Source: Octopus vulgaris (taxonomy: Eukaryota). Taken from it: a stretch of DNA of 64,000 nt. Positions 54,571-64,000 of the stretch are shown one piece after another; the stretch's first letter is position 1, and every line of letters starts with the position of its first letter. The stretch is from positions 79,360,001 to 79,424,000 of the forward strand of contig OX597825.1 of the NCBI GenBank assembly GCA_951406725.2, written 5' to 3'. The notes beneath the pieces were generated by a model. It was not told where the DNA came from and made no database searches. It saw only the letters and a program-made list of their open reading frames with translations. Position numbers and translations under genes: made by a program.

Positions 54571-55452
54571 TGTATGTATATAACTGTGTATGTATATAAA
54601 TTCGTGTGTAAATATATTTGTGTCATTATCATCATCGTTTAATGTCTGCCTTCCATGCTGGCATGGGTTGGATGGTTTGATAGGAGCTGGCCAGGCAGGA
54701 ACCTGCACCAGACTTCTGTGTCTGTTTTGGCAGGGTTCACAGGTGTATAAATATATAGGCACAGGTGTAGCTGTGTCAGAAGAAGATTGTTTCCCAACCT
54801 CATGGTTCTCAGGGGGAGGGTGGGGGTTGTCCACCACCCACCATTTAAGAACCGGTGTTGGTGTGTTTATGTCACTGTAACTTAGTGGTTTGGCAAAAGA
54901 AACTGATAGAATAAGTACCGGATTTAAAAATAGAAAAATAATTACTGGGATTGCTCCATTCAGCGAAAAGTCCTTGAAGGTGGTGCCCCAGCATGGCCGT
55001 AGTCTAATGACTGAAACAAGTAAAAGATACAAGATAAATATATTCATGGGTGAATTTATATATATATATTTGTGTATGTATAAATATGTTCATGAGTGTA
55101 AATCTGTACGTGTATGTAAATATATCATCATCATTATCATCGTTTTACGTCAGTCCTCCATGCTGGGAAGGGTTGGGCTATTTCAGAGAATTCAGCAAGC
55201 CAAAAGACTACACATAACACTGCATCGGTGTGTCTGTGTGGTTTTTAATACATTCAATGTTATGAATATCATATGTAACCTGATTTTTTTGTGTAGGGAA
55301 AAACCTAAATAGATATTATTTAATATCTTTGATGTATATATACATACATACATACATACATACACACATGTCTATATATACATACATTCACATGTGTGTG
55401 TGTATATATGTATATATATCTATCTCTCTCTCTATATATATATATATATAAA

Positions 55453-55655
55453 GTTAATCCAAACATGAAAACACAAAGAGAAAACACAACAACGCGAGGA
55501 CGTGGAACAAATATAGTATTATTGGACGCTCAGGAAGGAAGGGAAGAAGGAGGGTTTTACGTTTCGAGTGGAGCTCTTCGTCAGAAACATAGGAGAAGGA
55601 AAGATCAAGAGAAGGGAAGACGGAGGAAAAAAAATCTCCCAATGGTACACACGCA
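55453..55655 (-). mobile_element. Short Penelope-like/retrozyme-type repeat with an intact-core hammerhead
   Basis: Lies between TA and CA microsatellites. Related to 5014-5232. Confidence 0.7.
55554..55588 (-). ncRNA. Minimal type I hammerhead motif, canonical core
   Basis: Minus strand reads GUUU-CUGACGA-A-GAG-cucca-CUC-GAAA-CG-UA-AAAC, with a GUA cleavage triplet. Confidence 0.75.
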
Positions 55656-55657
55656 GT

Positions 55658-55712
<55 letters not shown>

Positions 55713-56517
55713 GCACATACATAACGGAGTGGTTGGTGTTAAGAAGGGCATGAAGCTGTAGAAACTCTGCCAGATCAAGATTGGAGCCTGGTGCGGCCGT
55801 CTGGTTCGCCAGCCCTCAGTCAAAATCGTCCAACCCATGCTAGCATAGAAAGAGGACGTTAAACGATGATGATGATGATAATGATTGGAACTATGCCCAA
55901 GTGGACACCAGAGCTCAATACAGTCCTCTGGCTTATTAGATCCTATCAACTGCCTGATCCTTTGTGTAATGTTAGATACAGGCATCCACACATGCATACA
56001 TACATTCTAGCACTGATGAACACATTCCAGCACATGTTATTGAGAGTTCTAGCATAGACTTGACATACATTCTAGCACACACATACATATACACACCTGC
56101 ACCCTGATATGTGCCTGCACATGCAGTATGCACCTGCACATCCACACAGCCAGCTATGCAGCTACACCTGCAGATATGCACATGCGCCCACTCATACAGA
56201 TACAAATGAGCCTGCACACACGGACATGCAGCTGCCCCTACATAATGATGCAGACATGCACCTGCGCACACACTTGCAGGTATGTAGCTGCACACATGCA
56301 TGTATGCAGCTGCACCCACACAAACACACACACACACCTGTGTGCACACTCGAGCATTCCCTTTCTCCATCGCTCGCCCACGTTCACTTACTCTTCCTCT
56401 CTTTCTCTGTCTCTGTCAAGTACAAAGATCTCATGAAGAATGTCTCTCTGTCCACAAGACACCTGTTAATTTGATAAATTGAATTTTTGCGATACACTAT
56501 ATTAAAACTCCAAGAAT

Positions 56518-56669
56518 GCTTACAACTGATTGGATCCGACACAGCTTGTATGATGGTAATGGTTATTTACAACTGACTGGATCTGACACAGCTTGTATGT
56601 TGCGGATAGTTGCTTACAACTGATTGGATCCGACACAGCTTGTATGATGCTGATGATTGCTTCCAACTA
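56518..56669. repeat. 47-bp tandem repeat, ~3.2 copies
   Basis: TACAACTGA.TGGATC.GACACAGCTTGTATG starts at 56521, 56568 and 56615. Confidence 0.9.
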
Positions 56670-56776
56670 TAATATGAGACGATAATCAAGACAAGGAAAC
56701 ACGTATATACACCTGATGGGCTACTTTCAGTTTCCATCTCTCAAATCCATTCACATGGCATTGGACAGCTTAGGGA

Positions 56777-57040
56777 TCATCATCATCATCGTTTAGCGTC
56801 CGCTTTCCATGCTGGCATGGATTGGATGGTTCAACTGGGGTCTGGGAATCCAGAAGGCTGTGTCAGGCCCAGTCTGATCTGGCAGTGTTTCTACAGCTGG
56901 ATGCCCTTCCTAACACCAACCACTCCGTGAGTGTAGTGGGTGCTTTTTACGTGCCACTGGCACAGGTGCCAGACGAGGCTGGCAAACGGCCACGATCGGA
57001 TGGTGCTTTTTATGTGTCACTGGCACGGAAGCCAGTCGGG
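56777..57040 (-). mobile_element. Family A copy nested in family C
   Basis: Nearly the same as 11796-12066. Family C sequence lies on both sides. Confidence 0.85.
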
Positions 57041-58565
57041 GCAGGAAGCGAGTCAGGGCTAGGAAGCCAGTTGGATATAGTAGAAAATACTTGCCCAAGG
57101 CGCTGCACAATGGGATTACCCTTGAGACCATGCGGGTGCAAAAATCAGTTTCTTAACCACGCAGCCTTGCCAACACCTATGCATTTAATGCACTTAATAT
57201 TTAAAATTTAATTTTCTTTTTAACCGTTGGGTGATTATGATTGCTTTTTAACTGCCTGCTGCAGTTAGAGAAAACAGTTTTTGTTGCATGAATTTCCAAT
57301 GTGTGTGACAAGCTGTCCACTCATCATAACAATTTTAATCTGATGATAGATGCACATATATTTTACAACATTCACCAACTGACCTATTTCATCTGTTGCT
57401 GTTGCATCTATTCTCTTTGATATTTTTGGCTAATGTCACCCAATAAAGGATGAACGTTTTTCACAGGAAATGGCATATCAAGAATCTGTGAAGATAAAAT
57501 GAAAACGAGAAAGAAAAACAAAAATTGAGACAAAGCTCCTTTTTGTCTTGCTTTTAACATTTTAAACTTTGTGAAAAAAAAAAAAAAATGTTGTATTTAT
57601 TGTTGTTGTTGTTAACTCGGTGTTTTAATTTCTTTTTTTTTTGTCATTTCTGTTTTCCTGTATAACTTTGTGAAATGACTTTACAACAGCAGAAGTTTTT
57701 GTCAACCCCCCCTCCTCTCCTACTTTTCACTCCTCTTCTCTCCTACCTCCTCTCACTCTTACTCTTCATCCATATCTCCTCTCACTTCCACTTATCACTC
57801 CTACCTACTCTCACAACTACTTTGTCACACCTACCTATTCTTCACTCCTACTCTAAAATTCACTCCTACTTTATCACTCCTCTCTCCTCCCGCTCCAATG
57901 TCATCATACAGTCAAACAATATGAGTGTTCACTTGGTCATTCAACAGACTAGGAATAGCAGCCAAGTGTCCCTCAACCCACACCTTACTTTCTTAAAAAA
58001 ATGAAAAATATCACATTTTGTAGCACAATCTTGGGCGCAGTATTTATTAAAATAAGACTGGATGATCACAAGTGGAAAACCTTTGATCACAGGTCTGCAC
58101 CATCAAGCCTGACCTTATGTAAGATGTAGGATGTTCATGGAAATGTATTATTTCTGCTTCTCTTAAGGCTGTCTCATTGGTTTTGATCTCATCTCCACAA
58201 TAACAATCAATAGCTAGTGAAATATAGAGGGGGCGTCTAACTAGCCTTGCAACAACCTGTTAGAAATAGAAGCCAAATCTCTATGAAAAAATGGAACAAC
58301 ACATTGGATGATGATATTCTTAGAAATGCTATGTCTGGAAAAGAAACGACAGATTAGTTACAACTTATGACCACCTTGACCAAAATTGGCCTCTGGCGCT
58401 AAACAATTAGTAGTTTCTGAAAATGAATGATTCAGCTTTGACAACTGTTCTTGGTAACCAGAATCTAAACCATTGCCATAACCTCTGTCCTGACTTGTTT
58501 GTCAGCTCATATTTATTTATCGTTTCTTTAAACCCTATCACGTAACAATCAATCTGTTCTTTATA

Positions 58566-58722
58566 CGAGGTCTGCTCAATATGTATCTGGACTGTTGCTA
58601 TAATAATGAAGCTAAAGCATACAGAGTGAAACCGCTTGGCATAGATTGATCTTGAACTCTGCTGTTTACAGCAGTGCTTGGAAGGAAGGTGTGTAGCGTG
58701 CGATTGTCGCATTGACCATGAC
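58566..58722 (+). mobile_element. mariner-like terminal fragment
   Basis: TA-CGAGGTCTGCTCAATATGTATCTGGAC is a TIR-like start. No coding part is recognisable. Confidence 0.5.
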
Positions 58723-58895
58723 TTTGTGAAATGACTTTACAATAGCAAAAGTTTTTGTGAAAAAAAACCTCCTCTCACTTCTACTTTTCAACTCCTCCTC
58801 TCTCCTACTTCCTTTCTCTTTTATGCTTCATCCCTACCTCCTTTCATTTCCACTTATTACTCCTAACTACTCTCACAAATACTTTATATATATAT

Positions 58896-59362
58896 GGCCT
58901 CTTGGAGCTAATCAACAACAGCATTCGTCCTATTTTTCTGGACTGCCATGTTAGCTTGTTGCTAACTATTAATATCCAATACTGCTGCCGTAGTCTCCTT
59001 TAGAGCGAATTAGAAATAATGATATTTCTATTTTTGAAAACCAGTAGATGTATTCCACTGAATTTAGGTAAATAATCCTTCGAACAGTAGGTCAGCAGCG
59101 ACACCTGTTAGATTCGGCTAATCCACATTGATAAGAAGCAAACACCTTGAAACTAGTCTGTGGATGCCAGACCAGCAAGGGGAAGCTGCTGACCTCCTCT
59201 GTTCGAAGTTTATAATGGACACAGGTTTGTGTCTTGGAGCAAATCAACAGCAGCATTTGTCCTATTTATCTGGACTGCCATGTTAGTTTGGCGATAACTA
59301 TTAATATCCAGTACTGCTGCCATAGTCTCCTTTAGAGAGTATTAGAAATAATGATATTTCTA
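58896..59362 (+). mobile_element. Retrozyme-like partial tandem (1.4 monomers, 332-bp period)
   Basis: Direct repeats at 58900-59030 and 59232-59362, a central long hairpin with an HHR, and (TA)n on both flanks. Confidence 0.75.
59121..59165 (+). ncRNA. Type I hammerhead motif, U3:A8 variant
   Basis: Reads AUCCACA-UUGAUAA-gaagcaaacaccuu-GAAA-CUAG-UC-UGUGGAU: 7-bp stem I, palindromic loop III, GUC site, weak stem II. Confidence 0.7.
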
Positions 59363-59445
59363 TATATATATATATATATATAACATTATTGGTGAATTGA
59401 AGAAATGGAGCTGAACGCAGATTGAACAGAAATCGTTTTATTTCA

Positions 59446-59525
59446 TTCTACACGTGTTTCGAAAGGCACAAATTACCAAAATCCGATTGAATAATGGGAC
59501 CATATTGTGTCTTTCTCTTCAGGAA
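59446..59525 (-). ncRNA. Type I hammerhead motif (left-arm copy)
   Basis: Reverse complement of 59706-59785. Confidence 0.7.
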
Positions 59526-59705
59526 GAAAAAGGAAATCCGTTAGAGAAACAAAAACAGAACAGAGGCGGAGCAAAAACCAAATCGAACTATGCTCCTAAG
59601 AGCCCATGGCGAAACAGTTTCGCCATGGGCTCTTAGGAGCATAGTTCGATTTGGTTTTTGCTCCGCCTCTGTTCTGTTTTTGTTTCTCTAACAGATTTCC
59701 TTTTC

Positions 59706-59785
59706 TTCCTGAAGAGAAAGACACAATATGGTCCCATTATTCAATCGGATTTTGGTAATTTGTGCCTTTCGAAACACGTGTAGAA
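59706..59785 (+). ncRNA. Type I hammerhead motif (right-arm copy)
   Basis: Reads UUC-CUGAAGA-GAAAGACACAA-(33 nt)-UUGUGCCUUUC-GAAA-CACGUG-UA-GAA. Confidence 0.7.
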
Positions 59786-59997
59786 TGAAATAAAACGATT
59801 TCTGTTCAATCTGCGTTCAGCTCCATTTCTTCAATTCACCAATAATGTTTTAATTTCAATTATCCGCACCAACGCACGGTTGCAACGCCAGATGGTTGTA
59901 CCTCCAACCGTGCTGTTTACTGCTGTGATTTTTGCTACTAAGGTATCGGTTAACTTTTGATTAATCTACAACAAGATTATTCATCTTTCTATTTCAC

Positions 59998-60030
<33 letters not shown>

Positions 60031-60033
<3 letters not shown>

Positions 60034-60296
60034 ACTTATAAATAAGGGCTAAAGAAAATTTTTTCAATGCCAATTTCGTCAATTTCCACATATTATTTAC
60101 TCGCTACAGAAGTAAATAATATGTGGAAATTTGACGATTTAAAAGTCTGTTATCAGCATATTGGCATTGAAATAATTTTCTTTAGCCCTTATATATAAGT
60201 TGTTTATAATTTTAATCGTAAAGGTATTTTAATATGCTGCCACATTTTTTGATGGAATTTTTTTTCTGTAAAAAAAACTTCATCCTATATTAGTAG
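60031..60296. repeat. Fold-back element in (TA)n with a one-sided tail
   Basis: Outer arms at 60031-60074 / 60160-60203 and inner arms at 60076-60101 / 60111-60137. Confidence 0.85.
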
Positions 60297-60332
<36 letters not shown>

Positions 60333-61043
60333 ATGTAGGGGGGTTTTGTTCACAGGTGATCTAAACGATTAGGTATGCTAGGTAAATGCTGTAAGGGATT
60401 ACGAGGGTTCCAAGGTTATAGCCGAGACGGTAGTTATGGAGCCATTGCAGATTTCTGATGCAGCGGATATATAATTGTTAAAGGTTTCTATCGACCAAAT
60501 CTTCTCTCAAGGCTTTGGTCAGCCCAGGGTTATTATTGAAGACATATGCCCCAGGTGCTGCGCAGTGGGACTGAACTCAAGGCCACATGGTTTGGACGCA
60601 GGGTTCTTAAGCACACACATATACTCGTTATAGATGTAATGGAGACTATTGTGTCATTTAAAGTAGGTTTTGTGAAAATAAAAAGGTGACAAAAAAATTT
60701 TCTTTATCACTTTGTCTTCTTTGTATTTTTCTCTCTCCCCCTCCCCCCTCTTGCCCTTCCCTACCCTCCACTCTGCTGACCCTCACCCCTCACCCACCAC
60801 CGGTCCTCCCTGCCTCACTCTGCAGCGCTGTCACAAGTTTTGGTTCATTCATTGTGTGTTGCTTGTTAGAGACTGACTCAGAAGTTTTGAAAGGTAATTA
60901 ATTTAAATCTTCTGGCAATTTACGTTTTGTGGGTTTTGGTATTGAATTACTCTATTTTCCTGCAAACAAACTCACTCTCTTCCTCAAAATTAACTGAATG
61001 TAGCTCTCTCTCTCTCTCTCACTATATATATACATATATATGT

Positions 61044-61335
61044 GGAGGCGCAATGGCCCAGTGGTTAGGGCAGCGGACTCACGGTCGTAGGATCGCGGTT
61101 TCTATTCCCAGACCGGGCGTTGTGAGAGTTCATTGAGCAAAAGCTCCACGAGGCTCCGGCAGGGGGTGGTGGCGATTCTGGCTGTACTCTTTCGCCACAG
61201 CTTTCTCTCACTCTTTTTTCTGTTGGCCTGCTCGCTTAGCCGGCGGGGTGGTGTCATTCAAAGGCTAAAACAATGTGAAGCGCATTGTGACCAGCGATGT
61301 GTAACAACATCTGATAGCCTGGTCGGTCACGTGAT

Positions 61336-61342
<7 letters not shown>
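61044..61342 (+). mobile_element. Young tRNA-derived SINE
   Basis: Head GGAGGCGCAATGGCCCAGTGGTTAGGGCAGCGGACTC...GGTTTCTATTCCC. CpG-rich and inserted in (TA)n. Confidence 0.75.
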
Positions 61343-61388
<46 letters not shown>

Positions 61389-61392
61389 CTTA

Positions 61393-61880
61393 CAGGGTGA
61401 CTCAAGAAAAACAGAACCCACAGATCTTTGAATAAAACTGTTGATTTTAAGGCAGTGCTGATGCTGAGTAAGTTTTGAGCATCACTGGGACAACACAGAG
61501 GAACAGATCGAGATGAACAGTGGTTCCAGCAAGTGGTTCCAGATGACTCTCTAGCCTGGCTGAGACTCCCTAGCCTGGCTGAGAGAGCAATTTCAGGAGA
61601 GAGACTGATCAGATTTTTATCTGTGGGGATATCTCAAGGATAAGGTTTACCAGAACAACCCTCAAACGATTGGTGAACTGAAGGCAGCAATCACTGCATA
61701 AATCAAGGAAATCCCCAAAGAGGAATGTGTTCGAGTAATTGACAATTTGGCGCAATGTATGCAAGTGTACCTCCAACACTGTGGAGGCCATCTGGAGCAA
61801 ATTTTGGAAAGAACTTGACTTTTATGCAAAGGGTATGATCATACACAGGCTGAAGTTTAAGTCCAGCAAATTTCAAGAAA
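61393..61880 (+). mobile_element. Tc1/mariner-superfamily remnant
   Basis: TA-CAGGGTGACTCAA TIR. Translation WFQQ...DFYLWGYLKDKVYQNNPQTIGELKAAITA*IKEIPKEECVRVIDN...GGHLEQIL. Confidence 0.85.
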
Positions 61881-63305
61881 TCTGCTGGGTTTAATAGTTT
61901 CCATCTTCCAGATCCACTCACAAGGCTTTGGTCAGCCCAAGGCTATATAGTAGGTTCAAAATTGTACAAAAACAGAGACAAATAAGAAAATGACAAGGTG
62001 TATTAGTTTGCTGCTCAGGAATATATATATAAATATATATATACATGTACATATACTAGTACACCATGTGTGTTATGAATTAAACAGACTTTTATATCAG
62101 TGGAAATATGTTTGTCTCTCTTACTGTAGTATCTGGTACTGATGATAGACAAATACCTAGAAATGCATTTATTGGTCTACTAGATGGTGCCCTGAGATGA
62201 TTGATGGTGTTATGGCACCTATTGCCTAAAGCAAGAATTTTCTCCATGGCAGCCACAGTGAAAAACGGTTTTTATGCAAGTGAGATGTGTCACAAGCACA
62301 TTTGAACTGATTTAAAAGTTGGTTTAGTTCACAATACTTCTTTGTGTGAATAGTGTATAATATCAGTCTACAGTATACAATGTGTCCTCCTTGTTTTTAA
62401 AGACAGTAGGGTGTGGTTTGAGCAAAATTTTCTTGTTATTTCTTGAAAGTCAAAGTGACACAGAAAGATTTCTGTTGTTGACCGGAGAAGAATGAAATAG
62501 TTATGATAAATTCTGTCAACACTGTTGTGAATTTATCATTTGTAATTTAAGAAGAAAAAATAAACAAATGGAAAAGCAAACAAAACAGAACTAAACAGGT
62601 GTCACTGCATAATTGAGTTTATAAATGTTAATTTAGCTACCGAATAAGAAAAAAAAATGCTGTAATTAGATTAAGAATGAATTATATTAAGAGCTAGAAA
62701 TTCTTGTTGCATTATTATGGTATTTAGTCTAATAATAATTCGTTAAAATTTTGGGACACGGCCAGCAATTTCGGAGGTGGTGGGGGGAAGTTGATAACAT
62801 CGACTCCTGTGCTCAACTGGTACTTGTTTTATTGACCCCTAAAGTATGAAAGGCAAAATTGACCTCAGTGGAATTTGAACTCAGAATGTAAAGACAGATG
62901 AAATGTCACTAAGGTTCAGTGTTGTTTCCAGTTCTCCACATAAACGTGTTTGGGCTGTTTGTTGTTTGATAGATTAATTCTCCGTTTCGGATACAAATGT
63001 TGGGGTTGACAACAGGAAGGGCATCCAGCCATAGAAACTCTGTTTGAACATAGTTCTGTCTGACCCATGTAAGCATGGAAAAGTAGACATTAAAATGATG
63101 ATGACGATTTCGCGCACGTGCACGTGTGTTCACACACACAAATACATATCAACTCTTTGAACCTGACCTATACATATATTTAGCCACGAAACCCTTGCCA
63201 CATCACTGCTAACTTAGGTTTTGGGGGCCAAGGGAGCCAACCCTGGATAAATTCCTCAATTAATTGTATCATGTGATTTCATTTAATTCACAATTTTTTT
63301 TACAG

Positions 63306-63446
63306 CATCCACAAACTGGATGTGACAGTTTCTCACCTTCAATAGCAGAGAGCAGTCACCATATTTATTTTCATACCTGCTATCACTGAAGAGCACATAT
63401 ATTCGATAACCACCTTGTTATTTAATATCTGGTGCAAAACTGATCG
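63306..63446 (+). other. Candidate non-coding exon
   Basis: TTTTTTTTACAG| acceptor and TCG|GTAAGA donor. Stops in all three frames. Confidence 0.35.
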
Positions 63447-63671
63447 GTAAGATCAGCTGTAATGGATCTACAATACTGTGTACTTTGATTAATGTACCCA
63501 CTCTATTGACAAATGTATGACTGCCTATTTTTCTTGACTTATGGATTTGTATACAATGACTCTATACACCCACACACACCCACACATTGTTATTGTATAA
63601 AAACATGTCACACTCTTTGATCTCTGCTTCACCTGTTACACTTCGTTGTTATATACCTTCTTCTTTTACAG

Positions 63672-63782
63672 CTTTGTGGTCAATATTCAAGAGACTTGGG
63701 ATCATTTGCGCAGTATCAAGCTAATCAACTAAAGTCTAAGCCAGACCAACTGTTTGATACTGATGGACAAACAAAACCAGCG
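63672..63782 (+). CDS. Candidate exon of an unidentified gene
   Basis: Strong acceptor CCTTCTTCTTTTACAG| and weaker donor GCG|GTTGGC. The 111 nt are open in phase 0 (LCGQYSRDLGSFAQYQANQLKSKPDQLFDTDGQTKPA). Alternatively this is UTR with an ATG giving MDKQNQR. Confidence 0.35.
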
Positions 63783-64000
63783 GTTGGCTTCTGGGCATAT
63801 TGGGGTTCGTATTTTGTTTTAAAAATATATATACGTCTACACATTGTCTTTGACTTATTTTGGTTTGCCTTTTCGTATCTTTGATCTGATGTTCTGTGAT
63901 TCAGTGTTCTGATAGTAAATTTTGTTCAAAGTATGTTGCTGCTGTGTTCCAAGGCACATCAATATAAACCTCTTCTTTCTATTCATTACACACACACACA

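Larger units (their letters stand above)
59382..60000. mobile_element. Penelope-like inverted terminal repeat structure: 468-bp palindrome plus a 150-bp tail
   Basis: Arms at 59382-59615 and 59617-59849 around a 1-nt loop. I saw one mismatch and one indel. (TA)n on both flanks. Confidence 0.85.

Noticed and set aside
56518-56669. Repeat-spacer-like pattern
   Set aside because: The variable parts are short and homologous to each other, so this is a 47-bp tandem repeat.
59594-59621. CCTAAGA-GCC-cat-GGC-GAAAC at the palindrome centre as a second HHR
   Set aside because: The core lacks the UGA, and the fold-back removes any stem III/I partner.
1-64000. Most ORFs in the supplied track ([12 protein letters not shown], poly-S/N/M peptides, MDGSTGVWEAR-type)
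   Set aside because: Read-through of microsatellites and SINE copies, with no coding signature.

Overview
AT-rich, repeat-saturated eukaryotic non-coding DNA, probably intronic or intergenic. The microsatellite load and the SINE families suggest an Octopus genome, but that is inference from memory, not a database match. I found no intact protein-coding gene. The supplied ORFs are microsatellite or repeat read-through, or decayed Tc1/mariner and RTE/CR1-type fragments. A few splice-signal-bounded segments near 8.1, 28 and 63 kb may be exons of a + strand transcript. The main discovery is a set of minimal type I hammerhead ribozyme (HHR) motifs in at least five unrelated short repeat families, most of them embedded in (TA)n tracts. 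Across these families the catalytic 3:8 pair appears as C:G (55554, 59709, 43470), G:C (1013 family) and U:A (59128), which is compensatory covariation. The carriers include a 332-bp-period retrozyme-like partial tandem, a 468-bp near-perfect palindrome with an HHR in each arm, and a tRNA-headed SINE with an HHR tail. All coordinates and pairings were read by eye and are accurate to a few bases. Nothing was folded, aligned or searched computationally.
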